Of a stretch of 64,000 nt of DNA, positions 29,301-38,540 are shown in pieces. A model generated the notes under the pieces. It made no database searches and had not been told where the DNA came from. It saw only the letters and a list, made by a program, of their open reading frames with translations. Position numbers and translations under genes: made by a program. The first letter of the stretch is position 1, and every line of letters starts with the position of its first letter. Origin of the DNA: a virus; IMG/VR virus record IMGVR_UViG_3300036770_005084, positions 32,001 through 96,000 of that record, one strand, 5' to 3'.

Positions 29301-31792
29301 AATTTTATACCAACATAGTTCTTGTCGGAAATGAAATTCTTTCTAGAGGATATGATAATGGAGAGCATTTTAAAAATAGGGAAATGTTTTATCCAAAACT
29401 TTATTTGAGTACAAATAAGCAAACAAACTATAAAACTCTTGAAGGAAACTATGTTGAGGAAATAAATCCAGGAACAATTAGGGAGACGAGAGAGTTCATT
29501 GAAAAATATGAAAACGTAGAAAACTTTAATCTCTATGGTAATACGAGATATATTAATCAATATATCTCAGATAATTATCCTGAAGATCAAATTAAATTTG
29601 ACATCTCTAAAATTAAATTAGTTACAATTGACATTGAGGTGGCATCAGAAAATGGATTCCCAGACGTTAGATCTTGTCAAGAACAAATACTTACAATTTC
29701 AATCCAAAACTATACTACTAAAAATATAATAACCTGGGGGTTACATGAATTTAATAATACAAATCCAAAGGTGCATTATGTTAAATGTGATAATGAAGAA
29801 GACTTACTGAGAAAATTTGTAGAGTATTGGTATTATGAACCTCCAGAAGTTATTACGGGATGGAATTGTGAATTATATGACATTCCATATTTGTGTTCTA
29901 GGATTTCTAAAGTTATTGGTGAAAAGCAAGTTAAAAAATTATCTCCTTGGGGAATTGTCACTGAAAATGAGATTCTAATAACCGGAAGAAAATATCTAAA
30001 GTTTGATATTGCTGGAATTACAGTATTAGATTATTTGGATCTTTACAAAAAGTTTACATATACTAATCAAGAGTCTTATAGACTAGATCATATTGTATCT
30101 GTAGAACTTGGTGAGAAAAAATTGGATCACTCAGAGTACGATACATTTAAAGAGTTTTATACAAATGATTGGCAAAAATTTGTAGAATACAACATCAAAG
30201 ACGTTCAACTCGTTGATCGTCTTGAGGATAAGATGAAACTAATTGAACTTGCCATTACTATGGCATATGATTCAAAAAGTAATTATAATGATGTATTCTA
30301 TCAAGTTAGAATGTGGGATTCAATTATCTACAATTATCTTCGCAAAAGGAATATTGTAATTCCATTTAAAAAGGAAAGTAGGAAGGATCAAAAATATGCT
30401 GGAGCATATGTAAAAGAACCAGTTCCTGGTAAGTATGATTGGGTGGTTAGTTTTGACTTAAACAGTCTATATCCACACCTGATCATGCAATATAATATTT
30501 CTCCAGAAACACTTGTAGATAAACGACATCCAAATGTAAATGTCGATAAAATTCTAAAACAAGAATTGGATTTTTCTGAATATGATCAATATGCCGTATG
30601 TGCGAATGGTGCATTATATCGAAAAGATATTCGGGGATTTCTTCCGGAGTTGATGGAGAAAATGTATAGTGATCGAGTAATCTTCAAAAAGAAGATGATT
30701 GATGCAAAAAAAGAATATGAAAAAAATCCATCTCAAGAAATCTTAAAGGAAATCTCAAGATGCAATAATATCCAAATGGCAAAAAAGATTTCTCTTAACT
30801 CTGCTTATGGTGCTGTTGGAAACGAATATTTTAGATACTTTCGTATCGAAAATGCAGAGGCAGTAACTTTATCTGGACAGGTTTCAATCCGATGGATTGA
30901 AAATAAAATGAATTCCTACCTAAATAAACTTCTTAAAACGGAGAATGTTGATTATGTTATTGCTTCAGATACTGATTCTATTTACCTTAATATGGGTCCT
31001 TTGGTTGAACGTATATACAAAGGAAGAGAGAAGACTACTGAGGGCATTGTCACATTCCTTGATAAGATCTGTAAGGTGGAACTTGAAAAGTATATTGAAA
31101 GTTGCTACCAAGAATTGTCTGAGTATGTAAATGCATACGATCAGAAAATGAGTATGAAGAGAGAGAACATTGCTGAACGTGGAATCTGGACCGCAAAGAA
31201 AAGATATATTCTCAATGTTTGGGATAGTGAGGGTGTCAGATATTCTGAACCAAAATTAAAAATCATGGGTCTTGAGGCAGTAAAGTCATCAACTCCTGCA
31301 CCTTGTCGTCAAATGATTAAGGATGCCTTTAATATTATAATGACTAAAAGTGAAGATGATGTAATTGAGTTCATTAATGCAAGTAGAAAAAAATTCTATT
31401 CATTAACACCAGAAGAAATTTCATTTCCAAGATCTGCAAATAATATTGAAAAGTATAGATCAACCTCTACAATTTATATTAAAGGGTGTCCAATTCATAT
31501 TCGAGGGGTATTACTATACAATCACTATTTGAAAAAGAATTCACTTGAAAATAAATATCCTCTCATTAACAATGGAGAAAAGATAAAATTTTGTTACCTG
31601 AAAACCCCAAACACAATTCATGAGAACGTAATATCATTCATTCAACAATTTCCAAAAGAACTTAATATTCAAAGATATGTTGATTATGAACTTCAATTTG
31701 AAAAAAGTTTTATTGAACCATTAAAAACTATTCTAAATTGTATTGGATGGGGAATCGAGAAAACTAATACATTGGAGTCTTTATTTGGATGA
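29297..31792 (+). CDS. gp43: Family B DNA polymerase gp43 (uninterrupted)
   Basis: DIE exonuclease motif, SFDLNSLYP, KISLNSAYG, SDTDS. Confidence 0.98.
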   Translation: MKFYTNIVLVGNEILSRGYDNGEHFKNREMFYPKLYLSTNKQTNYKTLEGNYVEEINPGTIRETREFIEKYENVENFNLYGNTRYINQYISDNYPEDQIKFDISKIKLVTIDIEVASENGFPDVRSCQEQILTISIQNYTTKNIITWGLHEFNNTNPKVHYVKCDNEEDLLRKFVEYWYYEPPEVITGWNCELYDIPYLCSRISKVIGEKQVKKLSPWGIVTENEILITGRKYLKFDIAGITVLDYLDLYKKFTYTNQESYRLDHIVSVELGEKKLDHSEYDTFKEFYTNDWQKFVEYNIKDVQLVDRLEDKMKLIELAITMAYDSKSNYNDVFYQVRMWDSIIYNYLRKRNIVIPFKKESRKDQKYAGAYVKEPVPGKYDWVVSFDLNSLYPHLIMQYNISPETLVDKRHPNVNVDKILKQELDFSEYDQYAVCANGALYRKDIRGFLPELMEKMYSDRVIFKKKMIDAKKEYEKNPSQEILKEISRCNNIQMAKKISLNSAYGAVGNEYFRYFRIENAEAVTLSGQVSIRWIENKMNSYLNKLLKTENVDYVIASDTDSIYLNMGPLVERIYKGREKTTEGIVTFLDKICKVELEKYIESCYQELSEYVNAYDQKMSMKRENIAERGIWTAKKRYILNVWDSEGVRYSEPKLKIMGLEAVKSSTPAPCRQMIKDAFNIIMTKSEDDVIEFINASRKKFYSLTPEEISFPRSANNIEKYRSTSTIYIKGCPIHIRGVLLYNHYLKKNSLENKYPLINNGEKIKFCYLKTPNTIHENVISFIQQFPKELNIQRYVDYELQFEKSFIEPLKTILNCIGWGIEKTNTLESLFG

Positions 31793-31916
31793 TAACACTA
31801 CAGTTGACTTTATTAGAATTGAAGAGTATCCTAAAGGGAATACAATATAAAAACGAACCCCTTTATAATAAATTAGTAACAATTTATTATGCTAACATTT
31901 TACCTAAGGAGGATTG

Positions 31917-32924
31917 ATGGATTTTTTAAAAGATATTGTTAAAGAAATTGGAGGAGAATACACACAACTTGCTGCAGACATTGATGAAACAGAAACTTAT
32001 GTTGACACAGGTTCATACATTTTTAATGCATTGGTTTCAGGTAGTGTATTTGGTGGTGTATCTGGGAATAAGATTACTGCTATTGCTGGAGAGTCTAGCA
32101 CTGGAAAAACTTTCTTCAGTCTCGCTGTTGTTAAGAACTTCCTTGATAATAATCCCGATGGGTATTGTCTCTATTTTGATACTGAGGCTGCTGTAACCAA
32201 ATCTTTATTGCAAAGTAGGGGTTTGGATATTACAAGAATTGTTGTTGTGAATGTAGTAACAATTGAAGAATTTCGTTCAAAGGCACTTAAGGCAGTAGAT
32301 TTATATCTAAAGAAGAAAGAAGCAGAACGTAAACCATGTATGTTTGTTCTTGATTCTCTTGGAATGCTTTCTACTGAGAAAGAAATTGATGATGCTTTAA
32401 ATGAAAAGCAAGTTAGGGATATGACTAAATCTCAACTTGTCAAAGGTGCATTCCGGATGCTAACCTTGAAACTGGGGCAGGCAAAAATTCCAATGATTGT
32501 CACTAACCATACCTATGATGTTGTTGGTTCTTATATTCCCACTAAAGAAATGAGTGGTGGATCTGGACTTAAATATTCTGCTTCTACAATCATTTATCTC
32601 TCTAAGAAAAAAGAGAAGGATGGAACTGAAGTCGTTGGAAATATTATTAAAGCAACCACTCACAAATCTCGTTTAAGTAAAGAAAATAAAACAGTCGAAT
32701 TACGTTTGTATTACGATGAACGTGGTCTGGACAAATACTATGGTTTGTTAGAACTAGCAGAAAAGTATGAAATCTTTGTAAAATCTGGTACTAGATATCA
32801 AGTTCCGGACGGAACTTCTCAATATGGTAAAACTATTATGGAGAATCCTGAAAAATATTTTACTGAAGACGTAATGCAAGCATTGGATGAAGCAGCACAA
32901 AAAGAATTTTCGTATGGAGGATGA
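31917..32924 (+). CDS. uvsX: RecA-like recombinase UvsX
   Basis: [26 protein letters not shown]. Confidence 0.97.
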   Translation: MDFLKDIVKEIGGEYTQLAADIDETETYVDTGSYIFNALVSGSVFGGVSGNKITAIAGESSTGKTFFSLAVVKNFLDNNPDGYCLYFDTEAAVTKSLLQSRGLDITRIVVVNVVTIEEFRSKALKAVDLYLKKKEAERKPCMFVLDSLGMLSTEKEIDDALNEKQVRDMTKSQLVKGAFRMLTLKLGQAKIPMIVTNHTYDVVGSYIPTKEMSGGSGLKYSASTIIYLSKKKEKDGTEVVGNIIKATTHKSRLSKENKTVELRLYYDERGLDKYYGLLELAEKYEIFVKSGTRYQVPDGTSQYGKTIMENPEKYFTEDVMQALDEAAQKEFSYGG

Positions 32925-33550
32925 TGGAAAGGGTTGAAACTACAATTCTCAGAAACTTAATCTTCAATGACAACTATTGCAGAAAAGTTTTACCTTTTAT
33001 TAAAAATGAATATTTTGAAGAGATTGATGAACGGGTAATATTTGAAGAGATTTGTAAATTTATTCTTTCCTATGATAATCTTGCTACAAAAGAAGTAATT
33101 TTAATCGAAACTGAAAATAGAACAGATATCACAGAAGATATCTATAAGAAAATCTGTGATTATATTACTTCCTTAGATGATATATCTGTAGATCAGCAAT
33201 GGTTAATTGATACAACAGAAAAGTGGTGTAGAGATCGGGCAATATATCTTGCACTGATGGAAAGCATCAAAATTGCTGATGGGCAAGATGAGAAAAAAAG
33301 TAGAGATTCCATTCCATCAATATTGCAAAATGCACTTGCTGTAAGTTTTGATGACCATATTGGTCATGATTATTTGAATGATTACTTAGAACGATATGAG
33401 ACATACCACAGAAAAGAAGACAAAATTCCGTTTGATTTGGAATATTTTAATAAAGTTACGAAAGGTGGTTTACCTAATAAGACTCTCAATATCGCTCTTG
33501 CTGGTTGTGTTCATCCAGAAACCAAAGTTAAAATTAGGTTTAAAAAATAA
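32921..33550 (+). CDS. gp41: gp41 helicase N-terminal half (195 aa) fused to 14-aa split-intein N-fragment
   Basis: gp41 N-domain to KTLNIALAG, then [14 protein letters not shown]-stop. Confidence 0.92.
   Translation: MMERVETTILRNLIFNDNYCRKVLPFIKNEYFEEIDERVIFEEICKFILSYDNLATKEVILIETENRTDITEDIYKKICDYITSLDDISVDQQWLIDTTEKWCRDRAIYLALMESIKIADGQDEKKSRDSIPSILQNALAVSFDDHIGHDYLNDYLERYETYHRKEDKIPFDLEYFNKVTKGGLPNKTLNIALAGCVHPETKVKIRFKK
33506..33547 (+). mobile_element. Split intein N-fragment (IntN, block A only)
   Basis: Cys1-V-H-P-E-T-K-V matches intein block A, exactly at the Walker A break. Confidence 0.85.
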
Positions 33551-33576
33551 TAAATAATTTAAATGGAACAATAAAA

Positions 33577-33948
33577 GTGTATTTCAAGGAGTTTTTATTA
33601 GAATCCAAAAAAAGTTCAATATCTCATTTTTTGGCGTTTATAAAAAAAGAATTAAAACTATCTAATTTACCTAAAATTATTATAATAGATGATCCAAAAT
33701 TTTCAATAGTTAATAAAACTTTTGGAACATTTGATATTGATGATAATTGTATTAGAATACAAGTTTCTAAAAGACATAAATTGGATATTTTTAGAACTCT
33801 TGCTCACGAAATAATTCATTATAATCAAAGAAAAAGTGGAAAAGAACTTAATGGTAATGATGGGAGTGTAGATGAAAATGAAGCAAACTCAAGGGCAGCA
33901 GTTATATTGAGAAAATATACAAAAATTATTGATAATCACGGTTATTAA
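33577..33948 (+). CDS. HExxH zinc-metallopeptidase-like protein inside the fractured gp41 locus
   Basis: RTLAHEIIH plus downstream ENEAN; GTG start; TAAATA upstream; FKEFLLE N-terminus. Confidence 0.75.
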   Translation: MYFKEFLLESKKSSISHFLAFIKKELKLSNLPKIIIIDDPKFSIVNKTFGTFDIDDNCIRIQVSKRHKLDIFRTLAHEIIHYNQRKSGKELNGNDGSVDENEANSRAAVILRKYTKIIDNHGY

Positions 33949-34613
33949 TTTATTTTTTTAACTTTAGAATTTGGTGCTGGTTCTCCTGTCCCAAATTTCC
34001 ATCCTTCATTTAGTTTAATATCAATATCTTCTGGAGGTATTCTTTTCCATCCCTTTGTCCCCGGTAAGTGCATTACTTTCTTACCTTTGTGTGCTTTTCC
34101 TCCAAGAGATGCTCTTTCTTGTCTTCCTTGATTGGATGCCCAGTAATTAAACTCTTTGGATGCTCTTTTTTTGCCTCCAAGAGATGCTCTTTCTTTTCTG
34201 CCTTCTTCTGTGCTCCAATAATAAAAATTTTTAACTTTATCGTTTAGATATTCTTGTTTTTGAGTTTCTATTCCTCTAATCATCCACTCTTTTCTTTCTT
34301 CTACTGGTGTTGAAAAGAAACCAAGTTGATTATCTCTACAAAACTCTCCTATTATTTTTCTATGTTGTGGTGATAAATTCGCACCTAACATTTTCATAGA
34401 CCTCAAATCATTTGGATTTTTATAAATCTTCCAAAGTAAATAATGTGCTATGATATGTTCTCTAACATTCAAGTATGTAAGGTTGCAATCATCATCTGTT
34501 CCTCCCATATGTTTAGGAACAATATGATGCTCGTGTAGTCCTGAATATTTCTTATAGTTTTCTCTTCTTGACTTATTACCTTCGCATAAGTTAGAATAGA
34601 TACGATCAAACAT
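33945..34613 (-). CDS. Free-standing HNH homing endonuclease
   Basis: HEHHIVPKHMGG.DD..NL..L..REHIIAH; C-terminal tandem ERASLGGK repeats. Confidence 0.9.
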   Translation of the reverse strand: MFDRIYSNLCEGNKSRRENYKKYSGLHEHHIVPKHMGGTDDDCNLTYLNVREHIIAHYLLWKIYKNPNDLRSMKMLGANLSPQHRKIIGEFCRDNQLGFFSTPVEERKEWMIRGIETQKQEYLNDKVKNFYYWSTEEGRKERASLGGKKRASKEFNYWASNQGRQERASLGGKAHKGKKVMHLPGTKGWKRIPPEDIDIKLNEGWKFGTGEPAPNSKVKKIN

Positions 34614-34641
34614 TCCCTGTCCCTGCTACTGCTAATACTAT

Positions 34642-34649
34642 TATTTATA
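34642..34649 (-). promoter_or_regulatory. Late promoter TATAAATA for the HNH gene
   Basis: Plus strand tatttata is TATAAATA on minus, 28 nt before the HNH ATG. Confidence 0.8.
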
Positions 34650-34653
34650 CAAA

Positions 34654-35028
34654 ATGTGGATTGAAAAAGAAACATCAATTACTGAAATCAAAACATTACT
34701 TGATAATGGATATGAGGTAGAAGTTGATTCGCCTGATGGATATGTTCCAGTCAATTTCTTTATTAACAAAGGAATGTATGATGAATATGTTTTAAAGGTT
34801 GATGGTGAAGAACCCATTAGGTGTAATGCCGATCATTTATTTGAAACATCTTTTGGGTGGATGAAAGCATCGCATCTTTGTGGAAAATATCAAACAAATC
34901 ATTTTCTAACGAAGAATGGTTATAAACTTGGTAGTGTTTTTAAAACGGGAAATCAAATACCTATTGTTGATATTAATGTAAATCATCCAAATCATAGGTA
35001 TTATACTAATCAAGTTTCTTCTCATAAT
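34654..35028 (+). mobile_element. Split intein C-fragment (IntC, blocks B, F, G)
   Basis: SPDG, IRCNADHLF (block B), IVDINV..HRYYTN (block F), SSHN + Thr(+1). Confidence 0.88.
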
Positions 35029-35829
35029 ACTGGTGTCGGGAAATCTTTATTCATGTGCCACATGGCTAGCTCCGTCCTCTTGCAGGGGAGGAACGTTCTC
35101 TACATTACACTTGAAATGGCAGAGGATAGGATTGCTGAAAGAATTGATGCAAACCTACTAAATGTAAATATTAAAGATATCCCAGATCTGAGTAAAAATA
35201 TATTTGAGAAAAAGATTAATAATCTAATTAGTAAGACAAGTGGGAAGTTAGTCATTAAGGAATATCCAACTGGATCTGCTCATACTGGTCACTTTAAAGC
35301 ACTTTTGAATGAACTATCACTAAAGAAATCCTTTAGACCAGATATTATCTTTATTGACTATCTAAATATTTGTTCTTCTTCTAGATATAAAAGCAACTTC
35401 TCTGTAAATTCATATAGTTATATTAAAGCAATTGCAGAAGAATTGCGTGGTCTGGCAGTAGAATTTAATGTTCCTATTGTATCGGCAACGCAAACAACAC
35501 GAAGTGGATATGGTAATTCTGATGTTGAACTAACGGACACTAGTGAATCTTTCGGTCTTCCAGCAACTGCAGATCTAATGTTTGCTCTCATTAGTACTGA
35601 AGAGTTGGAAAATCTTGGACAGATTATGGTAAAACAATTAAAGAATCGTTACAATGATCCAACCGTCAATAAAAGGTTTGTGATTGGTATTGACCGTGCA
35701 AAAATGCGGTTGTATGATTGTGAACAATCTGCTCAGCAAGATATACTTGACTCTGGACAAGATGAAGAGTATGATACTGAAGAGCATTCTAATTCAAAAA
35801 GAAAATTCGCAGGGTTTAATTTTTCATGA
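34654..35829 (+). CDS. gp41: 125-aa split-intein C-fragment fused to gp41 helicase C-terminal half (266 aa)
   Basis: ..SSHN|TGVGKS; LYITLEM, IFIDYL, SATQTTRSG, SESFGLPATAD, QLKNRY. Confidence 0.93.
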   Translation: MWIEKETSITEIKTLLDNGYEVEVDSPDGYVPVNFFINKGMYDEYVLKVDGEEPIRCNADHLFETSFGWMKASHLCGKYQTNHFLTKNGYKLGSVFKTGNQIPIVDINVNHPNHRYYTNQVSSHNTGVGKSLFMCHMASSVLLQGRNVLYITLEMAEDRIAERIDANLLNVNIKDIPDLSKNIFEKKINNLISKTSGKLVIKEYPTGSAHTGHFKALLNELSLKKSFRPDIIFIDYLNICSSSRYKSNFSVNSYSYIKAIAEELRGLAVEFNVPIVSATQTTRSGYGNSDVELTDTSESFGLPATADLMFALISTEELENLGQIMVKQLKNRYNDPTVNKRFVIGIDRAKMRLYDCEQSAQQDILDSGQDEEYDTEEHSNSKRKFAGFNFS

Positions 35830-36236
35830 CACAAAAGATTGATTTTAATAAGTATCAAAATTTCGTTGATGCTGTAACTTCAGAAGCATCAAAAGATTTT
35901 GTAGCACTATCTGATCGTATGGTAGAACTTGATAGTAAAGGTGCTAATATCGAACGTCTTCTTACTGCTTCTGTTGGCATTAATGCTGAGGGTGGAGAAT
36001 TTATGGAGATCGTTAAAAAAATGGTATTTCAGGGGAAATCTTGGAATCAAGAAACACGAACTCATTTAATCAAAGAGTTGGGTGATACCATGTGGTATAT
36101 TGCTCAAGCATGTATTGCTCTTGAAGTATCATTTGATGAAGTACTACAAACCAATATCGATAAACTACTAAAACGATATCCTGAAGGATTTTTTGATGTT
36201 TACTATTCGGAAAATCGAGAGGAAGGAGATATTTGA
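35826..36236 (+). CDS. mazG: MazG-like nucleotide pyrophosphohydrolase
   Basis: AEGGEFMEIVKK, KELGD..WY, NIDKLLKRYP. Confidence 0.93.
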   Translation: MTQKIDFNKYQNFVDAVTSEASKDFVALSDRMVELDSKGANIERLLTASVGINAEGGEFMEIVKKMVFQGKSWNQETRTHLIKELGDTMWYIAQACIALEVSFDEVLQTNIDKLLKRYPEGFFDVYYSENREEGDI

Positions 36237-36241
36237 TACGG

Positions 36242-36274
36242 ACCCGTTTCTAAATACAAGAAACGGGTTTTTTT
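36242..36274 (+). terminator. Terminator hairpin with TAAATA in its loop
   Basis: ACCCGTTTCT-aaataca-AGAAACGGGT followed by a T run. Confidence 0.8.
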
Positions 36275-37087
36275 ATGGCATCACCTGAACAGTCTGGAAA
36301 AGAGTATGAGTTGTTATTAATTAATATTTTGACAAATATATTCGGAAAAGAAAATGTATCTCAAACTGCTGCTGGAAGCAGTTTATATCCAGATGTATTT
36401 TTTAGGGATCAATTTAGAAGTATGGTTAGAGTTGAAGCTAAGACAAATATAGGTGCTGATTTTGGACAAAAAGGAATTACTTTAGATAGAGATACTAGAA
36501 AATGGACTCCAATTGCGAGAGAATTTGCAGCAAGAAATAAATTTACAGGAAGATTGGATAACTTATATTCAACACTATTCGAAGATCTAGATATACATCA
36601 AAAAATTGTTGATGCTTGGAATCTGCCAAATAAAGATAACAAGGGAATGGATGTAAACACATTACTTTATTTGATTGAGACCAAACAACTAAATAAGTCT
36701 TTAAATTTTGAACGTCAATTGGTAAGAATTGAAAGAGGGTTTGATCCATATAAAGAAACTACTCTTGTTCGAAACGTAACAAATAGTATTATTAAATATT
36801 ATAATTCATTAAACACTTATTATATTCAGATAAAAGATCGTGGATTTTATTATATGGGGCAGGATAAAAATGATTTAAATAAAAAATTGAGAGATAGAAA
36901 TATTGATTTTATAATTCCTTCATTTTCACCAGGGGAATCTAAATTAAACTTGAGAGGAAAAACTAGTGAGACTGGTCAATATTTTAGACCAACATTGAGA
37001 TTTAAAATATCTGGATTGCAAAAATCTCCAGTATCCTTGGAAGATACTGCATTTGTTCAGGCACTTTATCAAATTTTGTGGTCATGA
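36275..37087 (+). CDS. PD-(D/E)xK nuclease-like protein
   Basis: GKEYE helix, YPDV, VEAK catalytic pattern. Confidence 0.6.
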   Translation: MASPEQSGKEYELLLINILTNIFGKENVSQTAAGSSLYPDVFFRDQFRSMVRVEAKTNIGADFGQKGITLDRDTRKWTPIAREFAARNKFTGRLDNLYSTLFEDLDIHQKIVDAWNLPNKDNKGMDVNTLLYLIETKQLNKSLNFERQLVRIERGFDPYKETTLVRNVTNSIIKYYNSLNTYYIQIKDRGFYYMGQDKNDLNKKLRDRNIDFIIPSFSPGESKLNLRGKTSETGQYFRPTLRFKISGLQKSPVSLEDTAFVQALYQILWS

Positions 37088-37308
37088 AAGAATTATTTTT
37101 GGAACTTATATCAATATATAAAACTAAAGTGCGAGTCAAACAACTTAAACGAAAGACCATAGAAAATTTTTCTAGATTTTTTATATCTTTTATTGACTCA
37201 AATAAAAATCCAAAAGATAAGAAAGATAAATACTTACAATTGAAAAAATCAGGTCTCAACTACATTCTTGATAATCAAGATTTTATATATTCTCAAATTA
37301 GTAAATGA
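37084..37308 (+). CDS. Hypothetical protein
   Basis: ORF with ATGA overlaps on both sides. Confidence 0.6.
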   Translation: MKELFLELISIYKTKVRVKQLKRKTIENFSRFFISFIDSNKNPKDKKDKYLQLKKSGLNYILDNQDFIYSQISK

Positions 37309-38540
37309 AAAAGTTCTTAGATTTCATTACCGAAGCAGTAGAAACCACTGCATCCGCTCAGGCAAAACGGATGGGTTTGGTTGGAAATGGACATGGAGAT
37401 TGGTATGACTCAAAGGGAAAACTTGTAGCAAAAACAGTCAATAAACAATTAAAAGTATTCAGTGGTAAACCATCCTCCAAAAAAGAAAAGGACGAGACTG
37501 AGAGACCAGAACCTGCAAAAATTTCTGGAAAAGCAAAGAGTGCATATAGTGGTGGAAGAAAAAGACTAGGAAAACCCCCAACAACATCATCAGCATCCTC
37601 TGGATCTGGTAGATCTGCTAGTTCTTCTGCTTCTATGGCAGGTCAACAACAATCTCAAATCAGAACAGATGTTGTTACAGTTTCTTTTGGGAAGTTTAAT
37701 CCCCCGACAAAGGGACATCAAAAATTATTGAAAGTGATGGAACAATCTTCCACTGGAGGAAATTTCTATATCTTCCCGAGTAGAACACAAGATAATAAGA
37801 GAAATCCTTTAGATCCGGAAACAAAAATTGCTTATATGCAAGAAATGTTTCCTGAGTATGCTGATAGAATAATTGATAGTGATGAATTTAAGACAATATT
37901 TGATGCACTAGCATTCTTAAATCGGGAAGGTTATACTACAGTTAATATAGTTGTTGGTGATGAAAGAGTTTCTGAAGTTGATAGTTTAACTGCAAAGGCA
38001 AATGGAAATCTATATCAATATCAATCTATAAATGTAGTATCTGCTGGACCTAAAGATCCGGATTCAGAATCAGAATCTTCTATTGCCAGAAAATCTGCAG
38101 CAGATGGTGATTATCAAACATTTTTAAAATCAATGCCATCTGGGGTAGACGAATCTGTAATTAAACAATTGTTTATGGATCTTAGATCTACCATGGGAAT
38201 TGAAGAAGGATATAATCTATGGGAGATATGTCCAGAATTAGATTGGTCTGGATTGAGGGAAATGTATATCACAAAGAAAATTTTTAAAGTTGGTAATATT
38301 GTAGAAAATTGTAATACTGGATTACGTGGAGAAATTATTAGATCTGGAGCAAATCATTTGATATGTTTAACTGATGATGGAATGATGTTTAAGTCTTGGA
38401 TAAAAGACGTTTGTGAGGTTCATGAGATTGGAACTGATGAGTATAGAGAATATGTGCAAAAATTAACTCCATATCAAAAAGTTGAAAAATATTCAAAACC
38501 ACAATCTAAACTAAATAAAAAAAGAACTAGAATTAATTAA
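37305..38540 (+). CDS. Cytidyltransferase-like (HxGH nucleotidyltransferase) protein
   Basis: FGKFNPPTKGH, NPL, IVVGDER, FKSWIKD; N-terminal GHGDWYD domain. Confidence 0.85.
   Translation: MKKFLDFITEAVETTASAQAKRMGLVGNGHGDWYDSKGKLVAKTVNKQLKVFSGKPSSKKEKDETERPEPAKISGKAKSAYSGGRKRLGKPPTTSSASSGSGRSASSSASMAGQQQSQIRTDVVTVSFGKFNPPTKGHQKLLKVMEQSSTGGNFYIFPSRTQDNKRNPLDPETKIAYMQEMFPEYADRIIDSDEFKTIFDALAFLNREGYTTVNIVVGDERVSEVDSLTAKANGNLYQYQSINVVSAGPKDPDSESESSIARKSAADGDYQTFLKSMPSGVDESVIKQLFMDLRSTMGIEEGYNLWEICPELDWSGLREMYITKKIFKVGNIVENCNTGLRGEIIRSGANHLICLTDDGMMFKSWIKDVCEVHEIGTDEYREYVQKLTPYQKVEKYSKPQSKLNKKRTRIN

Noticed and set aside
33548-34653. Group I intron interrupting gp41 or its intein
   Set aside because: The interval is almost filled by two convergent ORFs, leaving no room for a ribozyme core; no P7-like motifs seen. 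A split intein explains it better.
32921-35829. gp41 pseudogene
   Set aside because: Both halves are intact, all helicase motifs are present, and the intein termini rejoin the P-loop exactly.
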